Assembly: GCA_964360785.1 (NCBI GenBank)
Contig: CAYHXX010000002.1
Span: forward strand, 92,107 to 156,106
From: an uncultured Gammaproteobacteria bacterium
GTDB lineage: Bacteria > Patescibacteriota > Microgenomatia > Woykebacterales > RBG-16-39-9b
Direction: 5' to 3'
Length of the DNA stretch: 64,000 nt
Numbering within the stretch: position 1 is the first letter of the stretch; the number at the start of each line of letters is the position of its first letter. The notes under the pieces were generated by a model. The model made no database searches, was not told the DNA's origin, and saw nothing but the letters and a program-made list of their open reading frames with translations. The position numbers and the translations under genes are program-made. Below are positions 30,305 through 40,068 of this stretch, piece after piece.

Positions 30305-30721
30305 TCAACTAAAACTAAAGCCACTAACAATCCGAATTCCAAAAACTTTCTCCAAGATCAAAGCAATTGCATAGGCAGCAACGACAATGATCAGACCGAC
30401 GACAGCGTTGGTCAGGCGGCGGCGTGCCGAGTCCAGCGCTTTCTGATCTCCACCCGAACTGATCCACTGAATCCCGCCAATGACGAGATTGAAAAACATG
30501 GCTACCCCAGCAACAAAGAACGCAAGGGATAAGAGAATATTGAAAATATCCCCAAGATTATTAAGACTGGGCAAAGGATTTTTCAGGCTAAATATTGGGC
30601 TAGCATCACCACCACTGTCACCACTTCCTGAAGGCGGGGTTGTAGCCGCTGCTTTCACTGACGCTACCCGCGAGAGAAAGATAGCAAACCCAGAGAAAAA
30701 TGTAAGCAAATATCTTTTCAT
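30305..30721 (-). CDS. T4SS pilin paralog
   Basis: GGIQWISSGGDQKALDSARRRLTNAVVGLIIVVAAY. Confidence 0.7.
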   Translation of the reverse strand: MKRYLLTFFSGFAIFLSRVASVKAAATTPPSGSGDSGGDASPIFSLKNPLPSLNNLGDIFNILLSLAFFVAGVAMFFNLVIGGIQWISSGGDQKALDSARRRLTNAVVGLIIVVAAYAIALILEKVFGIRIVSGFSFS

Positions 30722-31119
30722 CCAAATTTTATAAAACTTTTAATTCCAAAGAGTGTAAAGAGCAGTTGGGTGATCAAAAAAGCGGCAACAACGATGACCA
30801 GACCGATGACAGCCTGGGTCAAGGTTGCACGAGCGGCCGTAGCTGCTTTCTCATCGCCACCGGACATAATGTAGCGGATACCACCAAGGATAAACATAAA
30901 GAAAAAGATAATACCAGCAACAGCGTAGAGTAGTTGCACTAGTTTGCCAATAATTTCGTTGATGTCGGTTGGCAGAAAAAGCTTGTCTTGGTCGATTATT
31001 CCGACTCCCTTCGTCCCACTATCTTTATCTTCAGGTAGAGCGGCGAGAATTGGGTTTGCAAATAAAGTAAGAAAAACTAGAACAGAGTAGAAAAGAGCTT
31101 GTATTTTGGCAAACTTCAT
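30718..31119 (-). CDS. T4SS pilin paralog
   Basis: GGIRYIMSGGDEKAATAARATLTQAVIGLVIVVAAF. Confidence 0.7.
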   Translation of the reverse strand: MKFAKIQALFYSVLVFLTLFANPILAALPEDKDSGTKGVGIIDQDKLFLPTDINEIIGKLVQLLYAVAGIIFFFMFILGGIRYIMSGGDEKAATAARATLTQAVIGLVIVVAAFLITQLLFTLFGIKSFIKFG

Positions 31120-32204
31120 GTAATCAATCCTCCACGGTTAAAGACAACTTGTGCGATTAATCTAATTATGACCAAAGCCGAGATGAGAAGCAATAACCCC
31201 ACGGCAGCGTTGGTCAAGGTACTGCGAGCTTCGGAAACAGCTTTTTCGTCCCCGCGGGCAATCATATAGCGCAAACCACCCCAGAGCAGCATAAAGAAAA
31301 AAGCTAAACAACCAACTGCCAATAAAGCAAGCAATATTTGGGTCACCAACTCACCAAAGCTTTGGTAATCTTTGCCAACACAATTTCCAGTAGCGAGTTG
31401 GAAAGCACAAGAAAGATCAAACGAGTTGTTAGTAATTTTTCCAACCTCGTTACTACCTCCAAAAAAACTAATTCCAAAACGTTTTTCGAAAACTCCGCTG
31501 ACAGCAGCCGACCCCAGCACTATTACAAGACCGATTACCGATCCGGTCATTGTCCCTCGAGCACTATCTACTGCTTTTGGATCACCTCGGGAGGTTAGAT
31601 AACGCAGAGCCCCGATCGAGAAGACTATGACAGCTAGGAAGCCAACCAAAGTAAAAACAATTACCAGAGCGTTGGTAATCAAACCCCCCAAACTAAATTT
31701 TCCTCCGGTCGGGTCCGTAACTTTACTTAGAGTAGCATCGGTTATAACACCAGAACCGTCAGGGCCGCTTGGCGAACCTTCGCTTGGAGATCCGTCACTA
31801 GGTGGTGGGGTAGTTGTTGGAGGTGTGGAGGTAGAGGTCCCAGGAGTAAAACTTTGCCCATCACTGGGTGAGCAGGGTCCAAAACCAACAAACCCAACCC
31901 TGGTGGTATAGGTATGCCCATTAATAAAGCCAAGGCCCTGGGGAAGAGTAATAGATTTTTGGCTTTCACCAGTTGAAATAGTTGCATTGATAACTTGACC
32001 AACTAAAGCCCCATTTTTGGAAGGGTCAACCACATAAACAGTATATTTCCCTGGTTGACCAGTAAGGCCCACAATTGCATCAGAATTGGAAGTTACTGTC
32101 GCGACAGAAAAACTACAAGTCGCCGCATTAACTTGCTGAGGGGTTTGAAGAAAGAAGGATCCAAAGGAAAATAGTAAGATTGGAAGAAAAAGAAATTTTT
32201 TCAT
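31116..32204 (-). CDS. large pilin-family protein: N-terminal Ig-like/ST-rich domain plus two pilin repeats
   Basis: Two copies of the G..RY..(S/A)RGD.KAV..AR.T.T..(V/A).GL motif in the C-terminal half. Confidence 0.65.
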   Translation of the reverse strand: MKKFLFLPILLFSFGSFFLQTPQQVNAATCSFSVATVTSNSDAIVGLTGQPGKYTVYVVDPSKNGALVGQVINATISTGESQKSITLPQGLGFINGHTYTTRVGFVGFGPCSPSDGQSFTPGTSTSTPPTTTPPPSDGSPSEGSPSGPDGSGVITDATLSKVTDPTGGKFSLGGLITNALVIVFTLVGFLAVIVFSIGALRYLTSRGDPKAVDSARGTMTGSVIGLVIVLGSAAVSGVFEKRFGISFFGGSNEVGKITNNSFDLSCAFQLATGNCVGKDYQSFGELVTQILLALLAVGCLAFFFMLLWGGLRYMIARGDEKAVSEARSTLTNAAVGLLLLISALVIIRLIAQVVFNRGGLIT

Positions 32205-32563
32205 TAAAGTGGTAATCCTAAAATATCGACTCCGATAAGATTTAGTAAAAATACGGAAAAAACTATCAGTAGTAGTCCAATGATTGCGCTCGTGATCGTC
32301 TCACGTGCTTCTTGAATCGCCTTTGGATCACCTTGGGAGAAGACCAGACGAAAGCCTCCGAAGACAATCATCAAAAAGGCAATCCCACCACCAACACCAA
32401 TGGCTATGGTCAAGATAGTATTGACTAATTCGGTGGGGTTAGTATTGATCTTCCCAAGAGCGGTGCAAACCGTGCCCTCTGGGCAATCCTCGGCTCGTAC
32501 AATGAACGCTGTTTTTAAAAAACCAAGAATAACAAAGGACCAAGCAAAGAGTTTTTTATACAT
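32204..32563 (-). CDS. T4SS pilin paralog
   Basis: GGFRLVFSQGDPKAIQEARETITSAIIGLLLIV. Confidence 0.7.
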   Translation of the reverse strand: MYKKLFAWSFVILGFLKTAFIVRAEDCPEGTVCTALGKINTNPTELVNTILTIAIGVGGGIAFLMIVFGGFRLVFSQGDPKAIQEARETITSAIIGLLLIVFSVFLLNLIGVDILGLPL

Positions 32564-32661
32564 AGGACAGATGTTCTAATCGTAGCTAAATAAGCTCTAA
32601 GTGTCAATTTTCGCTATCTTTGCTCAATTAGGGTAAAATTAGAGTACCTTAAAGAGGAGTT

Positions 32662-34326
32662 ATGGCCAAAAAATTAGGGTCTTTACTCGTCGTTAGCTGC
32701 TTCCTCATCTTTTTTACCTCTTCTATCAAAGCTGATGAACTGCTCGACGTTCAAAATCAAATAAACAAGAAAAATTCTCAACTCACTAACACTGAGAAAA
32801 CACTGGAACGTTTAAAAAAAGATATCGTTAGCCTCTCGTCGGGCATAACTGGAACACAGGCGGATTTGGAGAAAGCTAAGGTGCAAGCTGAAGAAGTTAG
32901 GAAAGAGCTTGATAAAACCGAAACAAGTCTGTCCGAACGGCGAGAGTCACTAAGCTATTTAATCGAAGTAAGAAATAAACAGATAAGAGCAATCTACCAA
33001 AATCCGCAAAGAACAAACCTAGAACTTTTCTTGACACAGGACCTAACAGGTTTTACTGAAATGCTGTCGTATCAATCTCAGGTATTTAACGACTCGCGTA
33101 ATTTGGTAAAAGCTGTAAATGAGGAAGTGGTTTCAATGGAAAAAGACCAAACTTCTTTGCGTAACTCAAAGACTGAGTTGGAAAATTTGGTTGCGGCACT
33201 TGATGCTCGTTACAAGGAACAAAAACAAAGTCTTGCTTCGGCAGCCTCAAGACAAGTCACCTTGTCCAAAGGTCTTGACTTGATCAAGTCAGATATTACA
33301 AGAGCTTTGATTCGAAAATCCGAACTCGATGAACAGCGTCGAGGTAGTTTTTCCGGCGCCCCACCAGTTCCATTTTCTCAAGGACCGCCGGGGACAGTTT
33401 ATTACTTTTTCTACGGGATTGGTAAGTATTCATCAATGGGGCACGGCATTGGAATGAGTCAGTGGGGGGCGAAAGGTTATGCCCAAAAAGGTTGGAGCGC
33501 GACCAGCATATTGCAAAAATATTACACCGGGGTGAATATTGGTGGGTACACCCAACCGGGAACTATACGGGTTCGAATTTACTCATCTTGTACTAGCAGT
33601 AACTTACTACGTGAAGAAGTTATGGACTTTAACACTTATTTGAAAGGGGTTAGTGAAATGTTTTCAGACTGGCCTTTAGAAGCGCAAAAAGCACAAGCGA
33701 TTGCGGCTCGAACTTATGCAATAAGGGTCGTTAACAACAAAGGCTTTATCGAAGGGAATACCTATGACCAATGTTACACTGGAAATACTTCACGGGCAAT
33801 TTGGAACCAAGCAGTGGATCAAACAAATGGTTTAGTAGTAACGTCCGGTGGTAGTCTTGCTGCTACTTATTATTCAGCCTCACATGGTGGTCACAGTGAA
33901 AACAACGAAAATGTTTGGCAGGGTTGGACTGGGAGTGGTTATCAAGGTTATCCAGTCAGCTATCTAAGAGGTGTTTCGGATGCTGATTCCGGAGGAGTCG
34001 GTCCTAATGATAATTGGGGTTGGAATACAAAATATTCTTATACCTTGCCGCAAATAAGGCAAATATTAAGAAAGCAAGGTTTGATAGCAGCTGAAAATGC
34101 TTGGATAGATAGCAGGGTAGGGACCTTAACAGGTCTGGGTATAGAAAGAGGTGTTTCTGGAAGGGTTGCTTGGGTTGTTCTTTACGGAACTTCTGGAACT
34201 GCTAAAATCCCAGGTATGGTGTTTAGAGCATCTTTCAACTCGTTTCCTGCGGATGGTAGTCCAGCAGTAAACGGGGACGATGCTATGTTTAGTGTCAATT
34301 TCAGCATTGGCAATCAAGTTAAGTGA
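32662..34326 (+). CDS. SpoIID/LytB domain protein with N-terminal coiled-coil
   Basis: AQKAQAIAARTYAI motif; signal peptide. Confidence 0.75.
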   Translation: MAKKLGSLLVVSCFLIFFTSSIKADELLDVQNQINKKNSQLTNTEKTLERLKKDIVSLSSGITGTQADLEKAKVQAEEVRKELDKTETSLSERRESLSYLIEVRNKQIRAIYQNPQRTNLELFLTQDLTGFTEMLSYQSQVFNDSRNLVKAVNEEVVSMEKDQTSLRNSKTELENLVAALDARYKEQKQSLASAASRQVTLSKGLDLIKSDITRALIRKSELDEQRRGSFSGAPPVPFSQGPPGTVYYFFYGIGKYSSMGHGIGMSQWGAKGYAQKGWSATSILQKYYTGVNIGGYTQPGTIRVRIYSSCTSSNLLREEVMDFNTYLKGVSEMFSDWPLEAQKAQAIAARTYAIRVVNNKGFIEGNTYDQCYTGNTSRAIWNQAVDQTNGLVVTSGGSLAATYYSASHGGHSENNENVWQGWTGSGYQGYPVSYLRGVSDADSGGVGPNDNWGWNTKYSYTLPQIRQILRKQGLIAAENAWIDSRVGTLTGLGIERGVSGRVAWVVLYGTSGTAKIPGMVFRASFNSFPADGSPAVNGDDAMFSVNFSIGNQVK

Positions 34327-34366
34327 TCTACTAATTCCCAAAGGCATTTGTTAGAATAGATCCGCG

Positions 34367-34909
34367 ATGCCAGATGAGATAAAACCCACAATTCATTTTG
34401 AAACCCAAGCAGCCGATGAAGAAATAATTTTGTTACTTAGAGCTCACGTGATCTCAAATTTGCCTTGGGTTTTTTTGGTAGTAATCTTGTTTCTTTTACC
34501 GCTGATTATTTCCCTAACCAACACCTTTGATCCCATCTTTGATCCCCTTGGTATATCAGAGACATCGGCAAGAATTTTGACACTTTCCTGGTATTTTTTA
34601 GCTTTTGCGGTTGCCTTGCAGAATATTTTGCATTGGTATTTCAATGTCTACATACTAACCAATAAAAGAATAGTCGATATTGATTTTCAACAGTTGCTTT
34701 ATCGAAAGATCAGTAGTACTGAGCTTTCCAACGTCCAGGATATTACCTATACCAAAGGGGGAATTCCGCAATCTCTATTTGATTATGGAGACTTGCATGT
34801 GCAGACAGCTGGGACCTTGCCTCAGTTTGAATTTCTCCGAGTACCAAACCCAGGAGAGGTACAGAAAGAAATAGAAAAAGCTGTAGGAGAATACAAAAAT
34901 GGACTTTAA
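34367..34909 (+). CDS. YdbS/YdbT-like membrane protein with bacterial PH domain
   Basis: Two TM helices then WYFNVYILTNKRIV... bPH_2-like region. Confidence 0.55.
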   Translation: MPDEIKPTIHFETQAADEEIILLLRAHVISNLPWVFLVVILFLLPLIISLTNTFDPIFDPLGISETSARILTLSWYFLAFAVALQNILHWYFNVYILTNKRIVDIDFQQLLYRKISSTELSNVQDITYTKGGIPQSLFDYGDLHVQTAGTLPQFEFLRVPNPGEVQKEIEKAVGEYKNGL

Positions 34910-35132
34910 TTTAACTGCTTTTTTCCAGGCCGACCCTGTTAATGTGGGAATTAGAATATTTACGATTTTGTTCCTGATTATTTTTGTTTTTTACTCTTTA
35001 CTTACCATCCGTCAAGTGAGTATTATGAATCATTCACTAGTTACTCGACTGGAGATTGGGATAGCTTTACTTGCTTGGTTTCAACTAGCTCTTGGTTTAC
35101 TAGCTTTGGGAATTGTCCTGTTTCTTATCTAG
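34899..35132 (+). CDS. small two-TM protein
   Basis: 77 aa, hydrophobic, overlaps the upstream stop. Confidence 0.35.
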   Translation: MDFNLTAFFQADPVNVGIRIFTILFLIIFVFYSLLTIRQVSIMNHSLVTRLEIGIALLAWFQLALGLLALGIVLFLI

Positions 35133-35210
35133 GTAATTGAAGATCTATATCCCGCTGAAGCGTGATATATTTTGAAGCTAGGAATTCTAGAATTAAGGTG
35201 GCTCCAAATT

Positions 35211-37220
35211 ATGGAAAAATCTCTTTACAACCAGGTCGGTGAAATAAAAGGTGCTTCTTCAGAAACTGAAGATGCCTTTAGTTTTCAATTCACCCCTCAA
35301 AATGAAAATCTTAAAAGAACTAGAGGTGCGCTTTTTACACTTGTTTCAATTTCCGGAAAAACTGATGAACGCTACGAAAAAGCCAAGGATATCTACCATC
35401 AATTCCAGAGCAGTTATTACGCCAAGGCCACGGGAAGTATTCTTCACGGGCTTTCTGAGACCTTGGAGCAGCTTTCTGAAGGGCCCTTAAGAAAACAAAA
35501 AGAGGAAGGGTTGAATATTTCAGTAATAGCTGCAGTTTTCTGGGGGACTGTCGTCTACCTTTCAAAATATGGGGAAGGTGCTGTTTTTGTTGCCCGAGCC
35601 GATAAAGTCAAAAAACTTGATTTCGCCAAAGTTGCTAGTGGGGTGCTCGAAGATCAAGATACTGTTTGTTTGGCAACAGAGAGTTTTGTTACCGCGGTGA
35701 CCTTGGACGAACTTACGGAAAGTTTGACAAAGGAAAAATTTGAAGACTCCTTGGAGACCCTGGATAAAAAAGTGGAGAAGGTTCAAGGAGCCGTGTGCGA
35801 TGTGATTCGGTTATCAGTTAATGCTCCAACGGAAACAACAGAGGACTTGGCGATCGCCGAAGTAAATGAAAAAGGTGAGATGGAATCAACGGAAGCTCCA
35901 GAGGAAAAGAGCGAAGATGAAACACAAAAAACGGAACATCTAGAATCAGACGCGGAGTCAGAGAAGCCTGTGGAAAGCAAAGCAAACGACCCGTTTGAAC
36001 AGGCAATAGAGAAGAAACAAAACCCGCTCAGTAAGGTTCTACCGACGGTTAAAGGTTTTGCAGGAAATTTCACCAAATCTATCCTTAAAGTTTGGAGAAG
36101 GCCAGAGCCCGGAGAGCATCACGATCCTGTTGCTATCCGTCGAACTAGAATCATTCAGGCGGTTGGTCTAATACTAATAATTTTGATAATTAGTATCGGT
36201 TTCGGAATATTTTCCCAAGGAGCAGAAAAGAAAGACAATAAAGTCAGTAATCTGATAACCTCAGCACAAAATGGTTTAAATGAAGCCAGCAACATCAAAA
36301 CAATCGATCCAAACAGGGCACTATCATTGGTAAACAAAGCCCAAAAGGATTTAGAAGAGGCAAAGAAAACTGATGAAGATAACAAGCAAATTACAGAACT
36401 GCAGAGTAAAAGTACTGATCTCGAGGCGGAGATAACCAAAACAACAAAGATTAAGGATCTGGAAACCGTATTTGATTTTGGTACTCTACACAAAGGTACC
36501 GCTATCACAGACGCGGCCCTCTTGGGTAACCAATTGCTTTTGATTGATGCTAATCAAGGATTTCTGTATGAACTGTTGTTAGATGACAAGAGGGCAACAG
36601 AGGTGAGTAAAACAGATACTTCGGTGCAGACAATCGTTTCTTATCCAGCTGGTTTCTATCTCAGCGGGCAAAGTGGTATTTCCAAGGTGGATTCTAGTTT
36701 GAAAATTTCTTCAATCGGAACAAACGCCAATTGGGGAAAAATTCGAAGCTCAGCAACCTATCAAAATAACCTCTACCTACTGGACACTGAAAAAAATGAA
36801 ATCTGGCGGTACCTCTCAACCTCAACTGGCCTGGGCAGTGCCCGAGCTTATGTCAGCGGGGAAAAACCTGACATGAGCGCCGCAGTGGCAATTGCGATTG
36901 ACGACCTTGTGTGGGTAGCAAATAAAAATGGTACTGTTTATAAATTTGCTTCTGGTAAGCAACAAGAAAATTTCGCAATCTCTGCTCTTGCCGATCCGAT
37001 TGGAGAGCTTTCAGACATGTTTACTAGCAGCTCGACCAAAAATCATTATTTTCTGGATAAGGGAAAAGCACGGATTGTATCAGTAGATAAAAAAGGTGTT
37101 TACCAAGCTTCTTATACAAATAACCAGCTTCACAAGGCCGATACTTTGTTGGTAGACGAAACACAAAAAATTGTGTACTTTACAGCGGAATCCAAACTTT
37201 ACCAATTTAAACTGCCATAA
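35211..37220 (+). CDS. hypothetical protein (~669 aa) with central TM helix and C-terminal beta-rich domain
   Basis: AAGGTGG SD before MEKSLYNQ; the track ORF starts earlier at 35172. Confidence 0.6.
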   Translation: MEKSLYNQVGEIKGASSETEDAFSFQFTPQNENLKRTRGALFTLVSISGKTDERYEKAKDIYHQFQSSYYAKATGSILHGLSETLEQLSEGPLRKQKEEGLNISVIAAVFWGTVVYLSKYGEGAVFVARADKVKKLDFAKVASGVLEDQDTVCLATESFVTAVTLDELTESLTKEKFEDSLETLDKKVEKVQGAVCDVIRLSVNAPTETTEDLAIAEVNEKGEMESTEAPEEKSEDETQKTEHLESDAESEKPVESKANDPFEQAIEKKQNPLSKVLPTVKGFAGNFTKSILKVWRRPEPGEHHDPVAIRRTRIIQAVGLILIILIISIGFGIFSQGAEKKDNKVSNLITSAQNGLNEASNIKTIDPNRALSLVNKAQKDLEEAKKTDEDNKQITELQSKSTDLEAEITKTTKIKDLETVFDFGTLHKGTAITDAALLGNQLLLIDANQGFLYELLLDDKRATEVSKTDTSVQTIVSYPAGFYLSGQSGISKVDSSLKISSIGTNANWGKIRSSATYQNNLYLLDTEKNEIWRYLSTSTGLGSARAYVSGEKPDMSAAVAIAIDDLVWVANKNGTVYKFASGKQQENFAISALADPIGELSDMFTSSSTKNHYFLDKGKARIVSVDKKGVYQASYTNNQLHKADTLLVDETQKIVYFTAESKLYQFKLP

Positions 37221-37224
37221 GCAT

Positions 37225-37755
37225 ATGAGCAGTGAAATCGTTAATAAAAAAGCCGGTTTTAACTATTTTCTTCAAGACCGCCTCGAAGCAGGAATTGCTT
37301 TGACCGGTGGTGAGGTCAAGTCAGTTAGATCCGGAAGTGGTAGCTTAGACGAGGCTTATGTGAGGATAATCGATGGCCAAGCCATACTAGTTAATTGCTA
37401 CATAGCTCCCTATAAGTTTGCTCTCGACCCTTCTTATGATCCAAAAAGAGAAAGAAAGCTACTTTTGAATAAGCAAGAAATCGAGCACTTGGCGGGGAAG
37501 GTAGGTTCAAAGCACTTGACAAATTCTGATTTGCGAACCCGCTCTGGCGGGTTGACTTTCAGCAAGAATGCGAAGCCGTCAGGCTTGACAATTGTGCCTA
37601 CAAAGGTGTATAATTCGCACAACCTAATAAAGGTTGAAGTAGCAATTGGTACCCCGAAGAAAAAATTTGATAAGCGTGAGGATTTGAAGAAAAAAGCAAT
37701 CCAACGCGAGACTGAAGGGTTCCTGAGAGCAGAAAAAGCTAAAAACAAAAATTAG
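37225..37755 (+). CDS. smpB: SsrA-binding protein SmpB
   Basis: AGFNYF..LEAGIALTGGEVKSVR motif; the track ORF 37171 has an N-terminal over-extension. Confidence 0.85.
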   Translation: MSSEIVNKKAGFNYFLQDRLEAGIALTGGEVKSVRSGSGSLDEAYVRIIDGQAILVNCYIAPYKFALDPSYDPKRERKLLLNKQEIEHLAGKVGSKHLTNSDLRTRSGGLTFSKNAKPSGLTIVPTKVYNSHNLIKVEVAIGTPKKKFDKREDLKKKAIQRETEGFLRAEKAKNKN

Positions 37756-37766
37756 GTACTTATCTT

Positions 37767-38125
37767 GGGGATGTTGTAATTCGACGAGATGCACTTTTCA
37801 TTCAGAGCAGGCCGACCGTGATCAAATAAGTCGTAAAACTGATTGATTAATCATAAATGCTAATAAGGCATTTTCTCCTTCTTACGCTTACGCCTAAGAA
37901 GCATCCTGACTACTCTCTCTTGACGGAGTTTTTATGGGTGTAAACAAGACAAGACTAATCTAGAAAGAGTTGGTCCCTTTTTCTAGGTACAGACCTTATC
38001 AACAACCTTACTCCGTACAAGTTGGTGGCTGGTAACTACGGAGGAAATATTTCAGTCACCTAAGCTTGTAGTTGCTGCTGGAAATTGTTTTTCGGACCTC
38101 GGTTTGAATCCGAGCATCTCCACCA
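37767..38125 (+). ncRNA. ssrA: tmRNA (ssrA)
   Basis: 5' GGGGATGTTGTAATTCGACGAG and 3' GGACCTCGGTTTGAATCCGAGCATCTCCACCA tRNA-like ends; candidate tag ORF GCT AAT AAG GCA TTT TCT CCT TCT TAC GCT TAC GCC TAA (ANKAFSPSYAYA). Confidence 0.75.
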
Positions 38126-38132
38126 TCACGAA

Positions 38133-38164
38133 GACCCACTCAAAAAGTGGGTTTTTGTGTTTTT
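38133..38164 (+). terminator. rho-independent terminator after tmRNA
   Basis: CCCACT/AGTGGG stem plus T-run. Confidence 0.6.
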
Positions 38165-38213
38165 AGCCCACGAAGTGGTCGCAAAGCGCGGAGCGATTTT
38201 ATAGAATGGATCC

Positions 38214-38879
38214 ATGAATCTGTTGGATTTTATTTTTCCGAAGCAATGTGTCGCCTGCAAAAAGTTTGGTTCTTACCTATGTGGAGATTGTTTAGAAAGA
38301 ATTGAGTATTTGGAAATTCAAACCTGTGCTTATTGTTATAAACCTGCAATTTCGGGCAAAACCCACCCCAAGTGTTTCAAGAAGTTTGGTCTTGACGGCG
38401 TAGTGTCTCTAACTAATTACAAAACTCCAGTAAAAGAGCTGATTAAAAGTTTGAAGTATCGCTACACTACGGATTTGTTAAAAGAAATTGAGGAGAAATT
38501 TACTTTTCGAGATGAGGTTATCTTAGAAAGAAATTCAGTACTTCTACCTTTGCCCTTGTTCGAATCACGCAGAAATTACCGAGGTTTTAACCAAGCAGAA
38601 CTTTTAGGCCAAATTGTGGCCAAGAGGCTAGGGCTTTCTTACAAAGACGATTTGTTGCAACGAATAGTAGCGACGAAACCTCAGGTTGGACTGTCCCAGA
38701 AACAGAGGGCTGAGAATGTCAGAAACGCTTTTGGTTTGAAAAATGAATTGGAAAAGACAACCTACTATGTCTTTGATGATGTTTGGACCTCAGGTGCTAC
38801 CTTGAAAGAAGTCGCGAAAATACTGAAACAAGCAGGAGCTGAAGTAGTCTGGGGTTTGACATTTTCCCACCCTCGTTGA
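38214..38879 (+). CDS. ComF family protein (phosphoribosyltransferase-like, ComFC)
   Basis: N-terminal zinc-finger cysteines plus C-terminal PRTase motif VFDDVWTSGATL. Confidence 0.7.
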   Translation: MNLLDFIFPKQCVACKKFGSYLCGDCLERIEYLEIQTCAYCYKPAISGKTHPKCFKKFGLDGVVSLTNYKTPVKELIKSLKYRYTTDLLKEIEEKFTFRDEVILERNSVLLPLPLFESRRNYRGFNQAELLGQIVAKRLGLSYKDDLLQRIVATKPQVGLSQKQRAENVRNAFGLKNELEKTTYYVFDDVWTSGATLKEVAKILKQAGAEVVWGLTFSHPR

Positions 38880-38918
38880 AGGAAAGGTAATCTTCTGCTA
38901 AAATGTCCAGGTTCATGT

Positions 38919-39007
38919 GGAGGGTTGCCCGAGTGGCTTAAGGGGACGGTTTGCTAAACCGTTGGCGCGAAAGTGTCACACAGGTTCGAATCCTGTACCC
39001 TCCGCCA
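38919..39007 (+). tRNA. tRNA-Ser(GCT)
   Basis: Cloverleaf with long variable arm, anticodon loop TTGCTAA, GGTTCGAATCC T-loop, CCA encoded. Confidence 0.85.
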
Positions 39008-39046
39008 GAACTAGTATTAAAAACTTCTCGAAAAAGTAGTATATTA

Positions 39047-39136
39047 GGAGGGGTGGCCGAGTGGTTTAAGGCGTTGGTCTTGAAAACCAATGTAGCAGAA
39101 ATGTTACCGGAGGTTCGAATCCTCCTCCCTCCGCCA
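39047..39136 (+). tRNA. tRNA-Ser(TGA)
   Basis: Long variable arm, anticodon loop CTTGAAA. Confidence 0.85.
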
Positions 39137-39211
39137 CGTACGAAATCAAAGATTTCTACGTGGCTAGAGACGTAGTTTTGAATACAAAACGTACGTCTCG
39201 CCAAAGAAATT

Positions 39212-39817
39212 ATGCCCAAACAAACTGCTAAAAAAGAATCAATTGAAGAACTCAAGAAACAGCTTAACAACCTTCAAGGCAAAGTAGCCGAATATGAGAC
39301 TGTTTCGGTACCAGCACAACAACCTACATTTGAAGTCAAAGAACTTTATTTCTGGAAAGCTCCTGAACGAATTTTTATTCCCAGAAACCGTAAATGGTAC
39401 ACCTATCTTTTTCTGATGCTACTGATAATGATCTTGGTACTGCTTTTCCTCAAGCAATTTATCATCATCGCGCCAATCGCCGCCTTAGGTTTTGTTACTT
39501 ATGTGCTGGCGAGTGTACCGCCTCACAATGTTACTCACAAACTAACAAATGAAGGAATCAATTCTGAGAATAAAAGTTATTTGTGGACAGAACTTTATGA
39601 TTTTTGGTTAACCAAAAAAGGAGATCAAGGAATGATCCATATAGATACTTACCTAAATTACCCGCGGAGGTTGATTCTCCTTGTGGGGGAGGGTGATGTA
39701 GAAAAGATAAAGCAAACCATGTTGCAGTTCATACCATTCCGAGAACTACCTAAAGAAAGTTTCATGGACAAGGCCGCTAATTTCCTCTCAGAAAAATTCC
39801 ACAAAATTGCCAGTTAA
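39212..39817 (+). CDS. hypothetical two-TM membrane protein (201 aa)
   Basis: ORF between tRNA genes with central hydrophobic helices. Confidence 0.55.
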   Translation: MPKQTAKKESIEELKKQLNNLQGKVAEYETVSVPAQQPTFEVKELYFWKAPERIFIPRNRKWYTYLFLMLLIMILVLLFLKQFIIIAPIAALGFVTYVLASVPPHNVTHKLTNEGINSENKSYLWTELYDFWLTKKGDQGMIHIDTYLNYPRRLILLVGEGDVEKIKQTMLQFIPFRELPKESFMDKAANFLSEKFHKIAS

Positions 39818-39855
39818 TTTCCCTACATAAGTTATAATAGTTAAACCCAGAATTT

Positions 39856-39881
39856 GTCCCAGTAGCTCAGTTGGATAGAAC
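39856..39881 (+). other. tRNA 5' fragment (acceptor plus D-arm) matching tRNA-Arg(CCG) at 42662
   Basis: GTCCCAGTAGCTCAGTTGGATAGAAC matches the first 25 nt of the 42662 tRNA with one change. Confidence 0.4.
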
Positions 39882-39945
39882 TTTTTTGAGAGCTAGATCA
39901 AAAAAGGTTCTGCGTCCTTCGGACTAAGAGCGTAGGTAATGATAT

Positions 39946-40021
39946 GCCCCCGTAGCTCAGTGGATAGAGCGCAACGTTGCGGACGTTGAGGCCGTAGGTT
40001 CGAATCCTATCGGGGGTACCA
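39946..40021 (+). tRNA. tRNA-Arg(GCG)
   Basis: Standard cloverleaf, anticodon loop TTGCGGA, G1-T72 wobble in the acceptor stem. Confidence 0.7.
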
Positions 40022-40068
40022 GAATTGGAGTTCGACTTTTTGCGAAGCAAAATGTGCGTAGTGTCCTC

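Noticed and set aside
38938-39270. ORFs overlapping the tRNA genes (38938..39270 minus, 38951..39175 plus, 40089..40271 minus, the 5' part of 44132..44470)
   Set aside because: They are read straight through canonical tRNA cloverleaf sequences.
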